A stretch of 64,000 nt of DNA from Gemmatimonadota bacterium (GTDB lineage: Bacteria; JBHIER01; G020348925). Position numbers and translations under genes: made by a program. Numbering within the stretch: the first letter of the stretch is position 1; every line of letters starts with the position of its first letter. The stretch spans positions 2,020,030 to 2,084,029 of the forward strand of contig CP070758.1 in assembly GCA_020348925.1 (NCBI GenBank), read 5' to 3'. Positions 45,745 through 55,862 of this stretch are shown piece after piece. The notes beneath the pieces are model-generated. The model did not search any database and was not told the origin of the DNA. It saw only the letters and a list, made by a program, of their open reading frames with translations.

Positions 45745-48447
45745 GTGTTGAGCGTTAAAAACAGATACCCCTTCGTTGCTTGTGTCCTTGTGACCACAGT
45801 GTTCCTCTTGTCCGGGAACACTCCTCTGTGGGCAGGAACGACGGGAAAAATTTCCGGCAGGATCACCGATACCAAGACCGGGGAACCACTTCCTGGGACC
45901 AATGTGATCATCGAGGGCACGACGCTCGGTGCTGCTACGGATTTGGAAGGATATTATGTGATCTTGAATGTTCCGCCGGGAATGTACACCCTCAGAGCTT
46001 CAATGATAGGTTACAGGGAAGTACGGGTTGAGGCGGTCCGGGTGTCCATTGAATTGACTACTGAGAGGAGTTTTCAACTCGACCCCACTGTTTTGGAACT
46101 TTTAGAGGCCATAACGGTTACGGCGGAAAGGACGTTGATTCAGAAAGACATAACCTCCACCCTGTCTTCCGTGAGCGCCCAGGAGATAGCCGAGTTACCG
46201 GTTGAAAGTGTTGGGGAAGTTTTGCAGCTTCAGGCCGGGTGGGTCGAGGGGCACATGCGGGGGGGAAGGGCCAGCGAAGTGGCCTATTTGATCGACGGAG
46301 TCTCGGTTACCGATCCCTTCTCCGGAAACAGGGCCATAGAAGTTGAAAATATGACCGTTCAAGAACTGCAAGTGGTGAGTGGAGCCTTTAACGCAGAATA
46401 TGGGCAGGCCATGTCAGCGATCGTGAACATGGTGACCAAAGAGGGAAATAATACACTGAGCGGTACTTTTTCGATGTACGCCGGGGATTATCTGAGCCAG
46501 CGCAGTCAACTCTTATATAATAGTAACGAAAATGCGTATGGGAATGAACATCTGCTTTCCAATGTGGAGCCAACGAATACCATCGATCTCCAGGCCAGCG
46601 CCAACGGGCCAGTGCCGGTTCTGAAAAACAAGCTCTTTTTCTTTACATCAGCCAGGTATGAAAACAACGAGGGGTTTTTGTACGGTCGCAGAGTCTACAA
46701 CATTTCGGATAATCCTTTAGACAGCCTCTATACCGGACCGGGCGGCGATAATGCTTTTGTCTCTATGAATCCCAGTGAAAGATTATCCCTCCAGGGAAAA
46801 CTCACTTTCAAAATCGGTCCCAGTATCAAACTGAACGTAAGTTCATTGTGGGAAAAGAGTGATTATCGGGAATACAACCATGCCTTTCGATACAATCCGG
46901 ACGGTGATTACGGTCGCTTCGAATGGAGCTATGCAAACGGCTTCACGCTGACCCACACCCTCAACCCCAAAACATTCTATACGGCCAGCCTGTCCAATTT
47001 TTTCTATGATTACAAATATTATGTGTTTGAAGATCCATACGATCCCCGGTATGTCGATCCCGACCTCTTGAAAAATATGTCGGCCGGTTTCCAAACCGGC
47101 GGGACAGAGATGTGGCATTTTAACAGAAATACCAACACGCTGATCGGTAAGTTCGACATCACCAATCAGATGACGAGAACACATCAACTGAAAACGGGAT
47201 GTGAGCTGAGACGACACAAACTCTTCCTTCACGAGTTTAAAATTCGTGAAAAGAGAGACGAGGCCGGAATCAAGATTGAACCTTTCCAGCCGGACGTTCC
47301 ACCCATCACCTCCCCATACAACAACCGGTATACCCACCACCCGATAGAAGCCGCCATATATGTTCAGGACAAAATGGAATTTGAGGACATGATTGTCAAC
47401 GCCGGTCTGCGGTACGACTATTTCGACTCCAGGGGAATTGTTCCGTTGGATCTTCGGGACCCGAACAATTCATACATGCAGAGGGAGGTCTGGTACAAGA
47501 AGGCCACACCCAAACATCAACTCAGCCCCCGCATCGGTATCGCCTATCCCATCACTGATGAGGGAGTGATTCATCTCTCCTACGGCCATTTCTTTCAGAT
47601 TCCTACCTTTGAAAATCTTTACACCGATCCCGAGTTTGAGGTGGAAATTGGAGGGCTACGAACCAGAATGGGGTACGCAGATCTGAAACCTCAAAAGACA
47701 GTTATCTACGAGATTGGTTTGCAGCAGCAGTTATCTGAAAATGTGGCCATGGATGTAACGGGCTACTATAAAGACATCAGAAACCTGCTGGGCACGGAGA
47801 TCCACGAACTCTACATCATGGGTGATAGATACGCTCGGTATGTAAATCGAGACTACGGAAATGTCCGGGGAGTTACTTTTTCTCTGACGCGGAGGCAAGC
47901 CGGCTACCTGTCCGCTTCCATAGATTATACATACCAGGTTGCTGAGGGGAACGCCTCCGATCCTGACGCCGTCTTCTGGGACAACCAGAGCGAGCCCCCG
48001 CAGGAAAGCGAAAAACAGGTCGTTCCCTTAGATTGGGATCAGACCCATACCCTCAATTTCACCGTGACCTTAAGCGAGGCTGGAAACTGGGGCGTAAGCC
48101 TCCTGGGACGCATGGGGAGTGGTCTTCCGTACACCCCGGCATACAACTACCAGCGTACCGGCTTTGAGAACAGTGAGCGTAAGCCGTCTCAATATGAGTT
48201 GGACCTGAAGGCTCATAAGGACTTTATGATTGGAAGGTTGAGGTATTCTATCTTCTTGAAAGTCTACAACCTTTTCGACAGAAAAAATGAGAATGATGTG
48301 TACGGCGACACAGGCCGAGCCGGCTACACGCTGACTCAACACTCAGGGACAGTGTACGGTCCCCTCACTTATGACGATTTCTATACTCGATCAGATTTTT
48401 ATTCCAGACCGAGGCATGTGAGAGCGGGAGTAACCCTGGGGTTCTGA
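45745..48447 (+). CDS. TonB-dependent receptor with an N-terminal carboxypeptidase-regulatory-like domain
   Basis: GKISGRITD..TGEPLPGTNV; plug HMRGGRASEVAYLIDGVSVTDP...GAFNAEYGQAMS; barrel SPRIGIAYPI; terminal Phe (VRAGVTLGF). Confidence 0.93.
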   Translation: MLSVKNRYPFVACVLVTTVFLLSGNTPLWAGTTGKISGRITDTKTGEPLPGTNVIIEGTTLGAATDLEGYYVILNVPPGMYTLRASMIGYREVRVEAVRVSIELTTERSFQLDPTVLELLEAITVTAERTLIQKDITSTLSSVSAQEIAELPVESVGEVLQLQAGWVEGHMRGGRASEVAYLIDGVSVTDPFSGNRAIEVENMTVQELQVVSGAFNAEYGQAMSAIVNMVTKEGNNTLSGTFSMYAGDYLSQRSQLLYNSNENAYGNEHLLSNVEPTNTIDLQASANGPVPVLKNKLFFFTSARYENNEGFLYGRRVYNISDNPLDSLYTGPGGDNAFVSMNPSERLSLQGKLTFKIGPSIKLNVSSLWEKSDYREYNHAFRYNPDGDYGRFEWSYANGFTLTHTLNPKTFYTASLSNFFYDYKYYVFEDPYDPRYVDPDLLKNMSAGFQTGGTEMWHFNRNTNTLIGKFDITNQMTRTHQLKTGCELRRHKLFLHEFKIREKRDEAGIKIEPFQPDVPPITSPYNNRYTHHPIEAAIYVQDKMEFEDMIVNAGLRYDYFDSRGIVPLDLRDPNNSYMQREVWYKKATPKHQLSPRIGIAYPITDEGVIHLSYGHFFQIPTFENLYTDPEFEVEIGGLRTRMGYADLKPQKTVIYEIGLQQQLSENVAMDVTGYYKDIRNLLGTEIHELYIMGDRYARYVNRDYGNVRGVTFSLTRRQAGYLSASIDYTYQVAEGNASDPDAVFWDNQSEPPQESEKQVVPLDWDQTHTLNFTVTLSEAGNWGVSLLGRMGSGLPYTPAYNYQRTGFENSERKPSQYELDLKAHKDFMIGRLRYSIFLKVYNLFDRKNENDVYGDTGRAGYTLTQHSGTVYGPLTYDDFYTRSDFYSRPRHVRAGVTLGF

Positions 48448-48479
48448 AAAGAAGTGTTCCATGAAGGTTTGGAGAGTAT

Positions 48480-51281
48480 ATGTTGAACGGTAAGAGATCA
48501 AATGCAGTAGTATTCCTGACTTTTGTTGTGCTCTTGTTGACGACTCATCTTTCCGTCTCTCAGGAGAGGGAAGTTCCGGCAGATATAGAAATCACAGGAG
48601 AACGACGATTCAGAAAGATGGGGATTCACAATGCCAATCGGGTGCGAACGATGTTCCGCAATCAGGGTGAGGTGGGAGAGTGGAAGCACCCTCTTTCGGG
48701 GGAATGGCCCAAGGGAACGGGGCATACCTATCTGGATGGCAACGCTCTTCTGGTGGCTGCGGCGGTGATGGATGTTCACGGCAATCGTATCCATCCCCTG
48801 GAAGCCGCCTATCGGGAGTGCATGCGGCCGGGGGACTGCCACAATCCGGCAGAGCGCGATTACGGCTGGGAGCCCCTTCCGGGGTACGCCTATCCGGATC
48901 AGGATTATATCGCCATGAGCGATCAAACGGATACCTGGCCGGTCGTGTGGCCGGATAAACCGGAGTGGGCCGGCTCCTGGAACGGGTACTTCGGCAGGGG
49001 TATCATGAATGCGGATCAGGAGAGCTACTTTGTCATGGACGACGATGCCGATGAGGGATTCGATTTCTACCCCGATGCCACCAACCCCTCTCGGCGCGGT
49101 CTGGGATTGAGAGTTGCAGTGCGTGGGTTTCAATGGGTTCACGTTTTGGCTCAAGATGTCATCTTCTGGCATTACGAGATCACCAATGTAGGTACCACCG
49201 ATTACGACAGTGTGTTCTTTGGCATGTATTTCGATACGGGCATCGGTGGCGAAGGTGACTCCTGGGATGATGACTCATACTTTGACAAACGGGCGGACAT
49301 CACCTACGTCTCGGATCACGATAACAAAAGTGTGAATTGGCCGGGCATACCTGGATTAGTAGGATATGCCTACCTGGAGAGTCCAGGAAATCCATGGGAC
49401 GGGATTGACAACGATGACGATGGGCTCATCGATGAACGGAGGGATAGTGGACCGGGCGTCTGGCTGGATACCTATCCTTATGGAGTTGATGATGTCGACA
49501 ATTTCAGAACGTTCTACGGCAGAGAACCGAAACCCCATTGGTCGGGTGACGAGAATCAGAATTGGGACCCGTACGAAGATGTGGACGGAGATGGAGTCTG
49601 GGATCCTGATGAACCCTTGAACGATGATGTCGGGGCCGATGGGGCCGGACCGCTGGATGCCGATTATCCCGGCCCGGATGAGGGTGAGGGTGACGGCATA
49701 CCCACCCTCGGCGAACCCGATTTCGACAAGACCGATAAGGACGAGTCCGATCAGATCGGACTCACGGGCGTGAACGTCAGAAGAACCCATTACACCGATC
49801 TTTACGAGTACGAAGAAATCTGGGACATATTCACCTGTAATTTCAATTCGGCCTCGTCGGAAAATTGCACCTCGACACCGGATAACTGTTTCAATGACTG
49901 CACCGAGAACGACGATACGAGCATCTACTATGCCTCCGGGCCCTTTCCCCTGACCGGACGAAAGGGGGGGGAGTTGGTGGGGCAGACGGAGCGTTTTTCC
50001 ATGGCCCTGATTTTTGGTGACGATGAAGCGGATATCCTGAGAAAGAAAGCCACCGTTCAGGCCATCTATAATGCCAACTACAATTTCTCAAAACCGCCGG
50101 ACAAACCCACAGTGACGGCCGTTCCTGGAAATGGCACAGTTACGTTGTACTGGGATGACAGGGCCGAACAGTCCTACGATAAGTTTCTGCAGCGGCAGGA
50201 CTTTGAGGGCTACATGATCTATCGCAGCACCGAATATGCTTTCAATGAGACCTTTATTATTACCGACTCTCAGGGGCATAAAAAATTTAATAAGCCTCTG
50301 GCCCAGTTTGACGTGAAGAATGGCGTAGAGGGGTTCCATTCGACGGATGTGGATGGGATTAAATTCTATCTGGGTGATGATACGGGCCTGGTTCACGCCT
50401 GGACGGATACGACCGTTCAAAACGGGCAGACCTATTATTACGCCGTCGTCTCGTACGATCAAGGAGATACTCTTTTAGGTGGGGGTGAGGGATTGGCTCC
50501 GACTCCCTGTGCAGCCATCGTCGATAAGGATGTGTCCGGCAACCTTCGTTTCGATGTGAACACCGTGGCGGTCACGCCAAACGCTCCGGCGGCAGGCTAC
50601 GTCCCCCCTGCCATTGAGGGGGACATTGTCCATCTTGAGGGAGAGGGAACAGGCTTTATTGAAGTGGAGATCGTGGATCCGAGATTGGTCAGAGATGAAG
50701 GCTTCTATGAGATAGCCTTCAAGGACGACGATTTCCAGGTTCTGAGTTATTCGGTCCGTGATCTCACCCTCTCTCCCGCCGATACCCTGATCCCGGACTG
50801 CCGAAGTGTGGGACCGGGTGAGGAGGGACCATTGTTCCACGGCATGAGGATCTTTGTCTTCAACGATACCACTTCGGAGGGGGTACCCTTCGGGACGGGC
50901 GATCTCTTCCAGTTCAGAACGAAGGGGGCTCGGATCGACCAGACTCAGGCCAAACACGATATGGACAAGATCGCCGTTGTTCCGAACCCTTACGTGGCCG
51001 CAGCATCATGGGAATCCTACACCCTTGCTTCCCTCAATTTGGGTCGCGGTGAAAGAAAGGTCTACTTCATCCATTTACCCTCGCGGGCCACCATCCGTAT
51101 TTACTCTATCAGTGGACACTTGGTTGATACCATAGAGCACGAGGGGACCATGGACGATGGATCAGAACCCTGGGATCTGGTCTCCCAGGATGGTATGGAC
51201 ATCGCCTACGGAGTCTACATCTATCACGTGGATGCGCCAGGGATTGGGCAAAAGATAGGGAAATTTGCGGTGATTAAGTGA
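48480..51281 (+). CDS. Large secreted hypothetical protein with Asp-rich Ca-binding loops, an FN3-like domain and a VVPNPY-type C-terminal domain
   Basis: Signal peptide; GIDNDDDGLIDE and DVGADG..GEGDG loops; PTVTAVPGNGTVTLYWD...FEGYMIYRS...NGQTYYYAV; C-terminal IAVVPNPY...WDL...YGVYIYHVDAPGIGQKIGKFAVIK. Confidence 0.8.
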   Translation: MLNGKRSNAVVFLTFVVLLLTTHLSVSQEREVPADIEITGERRFRKMGIHNANRVRTMFRNQGEVGEWKHPLSGEWPKGTGHTYLDGNALLVAAAVMDVHGNRIHPLEAAYRECMRPGDCHNPAERDYGWEPLPGYAYPDQDYIAMSDQTDTWPVVWPDKPEWAGSWNGYFGRGIMNADQESYFVMDDDADEGFDFYPDATNPSRRGLGLRVAVRGFQWVHVLAQDVIFWHYEITNVGTTDYDSVFFGMYFDTGIGGEGDSWDDDSYFDKRADITYVSDHDNKSVNWPGIPGLVGYAYLESPGNPWDGIDNDDDGLIDERRDSGPGVWLDTYPYGVDDVDNFRTFYGREPKPHWSGDENQNWDPYEDVDGDGVWDPDEPLNDDVGADGAGPLDADYPGPDEGEGDGIPTLGEPDFDKTDKDESDQIGLTGVNVRRTHYTDLYEYEEIWDIFTCNFNSASSENCTSTPDNCFNDCTENDDTSIYYASGPFPLTGRKGGELVGQTERFSMALIFGDDEADILRKKATVQAIYNANYNFSKPPDKPTVTAVPGNGTVTLYWDDRAEQSYDKFLQRQDFEGYMIYRSTEYAFNETFIITDSQGHKKFNKPLAQFDVKNGVEGFHSTDVDGIKFYLGDDTGLVHAWTDTTVQNGQTYYYAVVSYDQGDTLLGGGEGLAPTPCAAIVDKDVSGNLRFDVNTVAVTPNAPAAGYVPPAIEGDIVHLEGEGTGFIEVEIVDPRLVRDEGFYEIAFKDDDFQVLSYSVRDLTLSPADTLIPDCRSVGPGEEGPLFHGMRIFVFNDTTSEGVPFGTGDLFQFRTKGARIDQTQAKHDMDKIAVVPNPYVAAASWESYTLASLNLGRGERKVYFIHLPSRATIRIYSISGHLVDTIEHEGTMDDGSEPWDLVSQDGMDIAYGVYIYHVDAPGIGQKIGKFAVIK

Positions 51282-51348
51282 AACAGTTCGACATGGGAAG
51301 TGCATCTTATGAATGTGCCCGTTCGCGGGTTTATTATTTTTGAGTGAA

Positions 51349-53304
51349 ATGAAACATGCATTGACATTTTGTTTGAGTTTGTTCTTCGGGGTGTGCGGAG
51401 TGTGCCTGGGTCAACTCGTCAATGTGCCTCCCTCTCAACCCACGGTCACGGCCGTTACTGGCGATGGTACAGTGACCTTGTATTGGGACGATCAAGCTGA
51501 GGAGAGCGTCGACTCTCTCTGGATTGACCCTGACTCCCTGTCCTACAGAAAAGATTTTGAAGGGTACAACATATATCGCAGCACCGAGCCGTCTTTTGAA
51601 GAGGTACGAACCATCACCGATGGTTTTGGGGATCCAATCTATTATAAACCTATCGCGCAGTTTGATCTGAAAAATGGGATCAGAGGCCCTCACCCGATAG
51701 ATGTGAATGGGGTTCAGTTTTACCTGGGTGATGACACGGGCCTGGTCCACATCTGGACCGACTCCACGGCCACAAACGGCCAGACATACTACTATGCTGT
51801 ATGCGCCTATGATCAGGGCCATTCCGATCTGGGCTTGCCTCCCAGTGAGAACAGCAAGTCGATCACCATCGACGATTTCGGCAACCCAACCTTTGTGGAT
51901 AGAAACTGCGCCGTGGTTACGCCCAATCCACCGGCGGCGGGCTATACACCGCCGTATGTTGAGAGCGACCTCTTTTCTCCCTCCGCCTTGATGTATGTTG
52001 AATACATAAATTATGACACCGAGGAGATGGTCGATTATGAATATCAGATAGTGAGCGACATCTTTCTCTATCCTGCTGTCGGCTCGGGTACGGGAGTGAT
52101 TACGGTTGAAATCGTAGATCCCATCAAGTTGAAGGAGGACCATATCTACCACATTGCTTTTCAGGATACCGGTTTTCTTCACCAGACAACCGGTTATTCG
52201 GTCTACGACGCGACCTTCTCCCCGCCCGATACATTGATTGAAAAGAGCACGTATATAAAAAGTAAATACATACAGGAAGTGACAGAGGTGCCAGTCAGTG
52301 AAACCGTGACGATAAGGGAATTGAGAGGCCCCATGAGAGCTGAAAGAGAGCTGGGCCCCTTCTTTGATGGCATGAGCCTCATGGTGTTCAACCATCCGGC
52401 AATTGTTTACGCAGATTCCCTCTCCGGTTGGATTGTTGGAGATTGTAATTATGAGGTTTCCGTTGGTCTTGATGCGGATCTAAGGTATCGGCTGGCCTTC
52501 CCGGCTGATTTTGAAATCCGGTTTTACGATCACATCGTCGATACCTCAGTTCTATTACGACCGCAGCCGACCAATTTCGAGGTCTTCAATGTTACCGACA
52601 GTGTGCGATATGATTTCATATTCCGGGATAGAGATGAAGATTCACTGCTCACATCGGGAGACGCTGTTTATCCTGTCATCTATGATTATGATGAGAATTC
52701 CGATTACGAAAGACTTTGGAAGATCTCCTTTGCAGCACCTTCAGATACAATACTGTATGACACAACCTATGTTGTTACCTATGATACGACGACCATTCCT
52801 CCTGACAGTGTGGTCATACTTCCCCTTGACACTCTCACAGTAACAACTCCCATCGATACGATCATTGTCCCAAAAATTCCACCGGAGCCAGGGGATGTGT
52901 GGTTCCTTCATACTACCAAACCTTTTCGCACAGGAGATGTCTTCGAGTTTACGACGAAAGCTGCTCATGTGGACCGGGCGGTGGCCCGATCCGAGCTGGA
53001 TATGATTGCTGTAGTGCCCAACCCCTATCCCGGTGCGGCCTCGTGGGAGGGCAAAAACTCCTCAGGAACACAGGAAAGGAGGATTTACTTCATCCATTTG
53101 CCGCAGAGAGCTACGATCCGCATTTATACTATCAGTGGCTATCTGGTCGATACCATCGAACACGAGGGCACTGTCGGTGACGGAGCTGAACCATGGGACT
53201 TGGTGTCCCATGAGGGCAAAGAGATTGCCTATGGAATCTATATTTATCATATCGATGCTCCGGGGATTGGGGAGAAGATCGGAAAATTTGCGGTGATAAA
53301 ATGA
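51349..53304 (+). CDS. Paralog of the upstream protein's C-terminal half (FN3-like domain, insertion, VVPNPY-type C-terminal domain)
   Basis: Start at MKHALTF (signal peptide); PTVTAVTGDGTVTLYWD...FEGYNIYRS; near-identical C-terminus DAPGIGEKIGKFAVIK. Confidence 0.8.
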   Translation: MKHALTFCLSLFFGVCGVCLGQLVNVPPSQPTVTAVTGDGTVTLYWDDQAEESVDSLWIDPDSLSYRKDFEGYNIYRSTEPSFEEVRTITDGFGDPIYYKPIAQFDLKNGIRGPHPIDVNGVQFYLGDDTGLVHIWTDSTATNGQTYYYAVCAYDQGHSDLGLPPSENSKSITIDDFGNPTFVDRNCAVVTPNPPAAGYTPPYVESDLFSPSALMYVEYINYDTEEMVDYEYQIVSDIFLYPAVGSGTGVITVEIVDPIKLKEDHIYHIAFQDTGFLHQTTGYSVYDATFSPPDTLIEKSTYIKSKYIQEVTEVPVSETVTIRELRGPMRAERELGPFFDGMSLMVFNHPAIVYADSLSGWIVGDCNYEVSVGLDADLRYRLAFPADFEIRFYDHIVDTSVLLRPQPTNFEVFNVTDSVRYDFIFRDRDEDSLLTSGDAVYPVIYDYDENSDYERLWKISFAAPSDTILYDTTYVVTYDTTTIPPDSVVILPLDTLTVTTPIDTIIVPKIPPEPGDVWFLHTTKPFRTGDVFEFTTKAAHVDRAVARSELDMIAVVPNPYPGAASWEGKNSSGTQERRIYFIHLPQRATIRIYTISGYLVDTIEHEGTVGDGAEPWDLVSHEGKEIAYGIYIYHIDAPGIGEKIGKFAVIK

Positions 53305-53347
53305 TACATTAAGAATACTTATAAATACTAATGAAAAGGAATCAAAG

Positions 53348-54373
53348 ATGAAGAGAAAAATGCTGATGTCCCTGGCTGTGCTGATGGCCTCGGGCCTGGC
53401 TCACGGCCAACTGATCTCCGATGTCTCCAAAGTGGGCACCACCGCCGCTTCCTTCTTGGAGATCGGGATCGGATCGCGGGCTGTAGCCATGGGAGGTGCT
53501 TTTGTGGCCGTGGCCGACGATGCTACGGCTCTTTACTGGAATCCAGGTGGATTGTCCAGGCTCCCGAGCAAGGAAGTAGCCCTTGTCCATACGGAATGGC
53601 TGGCCGAGATCAATTTCGATTTTGCGGGTTTCGTCTTGCCATTGGGCCAATTTGGGTCTCTGGGGGCCAGTATTACGTCCCTGAGCATGAGTGACATGAA
53701 AGTGAGAACAATTGACGAGCCAGAGGGGACGGGGGAGATGTTCGGGGCGGGTGACATCGCCCTGGGGGTCTCTTATGCCAAAAACTTGACAGATAGGTTT
53801 TCCATAGGTTTTAGTGGCAAGTATATCCAACAGAAGATATGGCATATGAAAGCCTCCAGCGTCGCTTTTGATATCGGAACCCTCTTTACCACTCAGTTCA
53901 ATGATATGAAGATCGGAATGTCCATCTCCAATTTTGGAAATAAAATGCGGCTCGAGGGTAAGGATACCATGGTCCAACATGACATCGACCCCGAGCACAT
54001 GGGCAACAACGATCGCATCAACGCTCATCTTGATACCGATCGGTGGTCTCTGCCCTTGGTCTTACGGGTGGGAGTGGCCATGGATGTGCTCGAGAGAGGA
54101 AATAACCGGTTGACCATCGCTACGGATGCCCTCCACCCCAACGATAATACGGAGAGTCTGAATCTGGGCGGCGAATATGTCTTCAACGATCTCTTCTTTC
54201 TGAGGCTGGGTTATAAAGCCCTCTTTCTCAGGGACAGCGAACAGGGGCTCACCGCCGGGGCCGGGTTGTCATATACCCTAACGGGAGATACTCTCCTCAA
54301 AATCGATTATGCCTACGCCGATTTCAATCGGCTGAACAATGTTCAGAGATTTTCCTTGGGGATAGAATTTTGA
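53348..54373 (+). CDS. PorV/PorQ-family (FadL-like) outer membrane beta-barrel
   Basis: KVGTTAASFLEIGIGSRAVAMGGAFVAVADDATALYWNPGGL; terminal IDYAY...QRFSLGIEF. Confidence 0.88.
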   Translation: MKRKMLMSLAVLMASGLAHGQLISDVSKVGTTAASFLEIGIGSRAVAMGGAFVAVADDATALYWNPGGLSRLPSKEVALVHTEWLAEINFDFAGFVLPLGQFGSLGASITSLSMSDMKVRTIDEPEGTGEMFGAGDIALGVSYAKNLTDRFSIGFSGKYIQQKIWHMKASSVAFDIGTLFTTQFNDMKIGMSISNFGNKMRLEGKDTMVQHDIDPEHMGNNDRINAHLDTDRWSLPLVLRVGVAMDVLERGNNRLTIATDALHPNDNTESLNLGGEYVFNDLFFLRLGYKALFLRDSEQGLTAGAGLSYTLTGDTLLKIDYAYADFNRLNNVQRFSLGIEF

Positions 54374-54509
54374 CTCCCAAGGCATTACTGATACCTTTCA
54401 GTTTATACCCTAATCTGCGGAACGGAGACATATCAGACTTTCGTCTTGATCAGCCCTTCGAGCTGCAAACCTGGCTTAAGGGATACAATGTCTGCTTGGG
54501 ATTAATGCA

Positions 54510-55862
54510 ATGCACGTAGCCATGCTTTCGCCTATAGATTGGATAACACCACATCGACATTATGGTCCATGGGAGAATGTGGTTTCGCTTTTGACTGAAG
54601 GTCTGGTAAAAAGGGGTGTGGATGTCACCCTTTTTGCCACCAAAGACTCTCAAACAAAGGGAAGATTGGTCGGCGTCTGCCCTCGCGGTTACGAGGAAGA
54701 TGAAGATATTCTGCCGAAAGTTTGGGAATGTCTCCACATCTCCGAGTTGTTCGAACGCGGAGCTGATTTTGATCTGATCCACAACCACTTCGATTATTTG
54801 CCACTGACCTACATGGGGATGACATCCACGCCTGTCGTGACGACCATTCACGGGTTTTCATCACTCAAAATTCTGCCGGTGTACAGAAAGTACAACGGCC
54901 GATCGTATTATGTCTCCATCAGTGAGGCCGACCGCAGCAGCGAACTTGACTATATCGCCACGATCCACCACGGCATCGACCTGCGGCAATTTACCTTCCA
55001 ACCAGAACCGGGAGACTACCTCATCTTCTTTGGCCGAATCCATCACGATAAAGGGGTCAAGGAGGCCATTGAGATCTCTCGGATGGTCGATATGAAACTG
55101 ATTATAGCCGGCATTGTACAGGATAAGCGCTATTTTGAGAGTGAAGTCAAGCCGCATCTGAAGGAGGATAGGGTTGTCTATGTGGGCAGTGCTGGCCCAG
55201 AGGAACGTGACCGTCTGCTGGGTGGAGCTACTGCTTTGCTTCATCCCATTAACTTTGACGAACCCTTCGGATTATCCGTGGTCGAGGCCATGGCCTGCGG
55301 GACCCCGGTGGTTGCCTTCAACCGGGGCAGTATGCCTGAAGTGATATCGAATGGGCGAACGGGTTTCCTGGTTTCATCGATTGATGAGGCTGTGTCAGAG
55401 ATTGTTCAGATCAAGGAACTTGATCGGGCGGAATGTCGTAAATGGGTTGAGGAGAAGTTTAGTGTCGAACGGATGGTGGAAAACTATATCCGAGTCTACG
55501 GCAAAATTCTGACTGAACGAAAGCGTAATGACCACAGACCCTGGGGCTATTACTGCGTCCTGGCAGATGAGCCGGATCATAAGGTGAAAAGGATTACGGT
55601 CGATCCCGGCCAGCGCATGAGCCTTCAACGCCACCACCGCCGGGCCGAACACTGGTACATTGTCCGGGGTCGAGCGGTCGTTACGAAGAATGGTGAAGAG
55701 GTACTCTTAAAAAGTGGTCAAGCAGTGGACCTGCCGGTGGGGACGTGGCACCGGATTATGAACCCTGGCGACGAGAACCTGGTCTTTATCGAGGTTCAGA
55801 CAGGCGATTCATTCGGCGAGAATGATATCGAGCGAGTGGAGGATGACTATGGCCGAGTCTGA
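54510..55862 (+). CDS. GT4 glycosyltransferase fused to a C-terminal type-II mannose-6-phosphate isomerase-like cupin
   Basis: GT-B motifs VTTIHG, FGRIHHDKG, EPFGLSVVEAMACGTPV; cupin RPWG..KVKRITVDPGQRMSLQRHHRRAEHW...EVQTG...E.DIERVEDDYGR. Confidence 0.9.
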   Translation: MHVAMLSPIDWITPHRHYGPWENVVSLLTEGLVKRGVDVTLFATKDSQTKGRLVGVCPRGYEEDEDILPKVWECLHISELFERGADFDLIHNHFDYLPLTYMGMTSTPVVTTIHGFSSLKILPVYRKYNGRSYYVSISEADRSSELDYIATIHHGIDLRQFTFQPEPGDYLIFFGRIHHDKGVKEAIEISRMVDMKLIIAGIVQDKRYFESEVKPHLKEDRVVYVGSAGPEERDRLLGGATALLHPINFDEPFGLSVVEAMACGTPVVAFNRGSMPEVISNGRTGFLVSSIDEAVSEIVQIKELDRAECRKWVEEKFSVERMVENYIRVYGKILTERKRNDHRPWGYYCVLADEPDHKVKRITVDPGQRMSLQRHHRRAEHWYIVRGRAVVTKNGEEVLLKSGQAVDLPVGTWHRIMNPGDENLVFIEVQTGDSFGENDIERVEDDYGRV

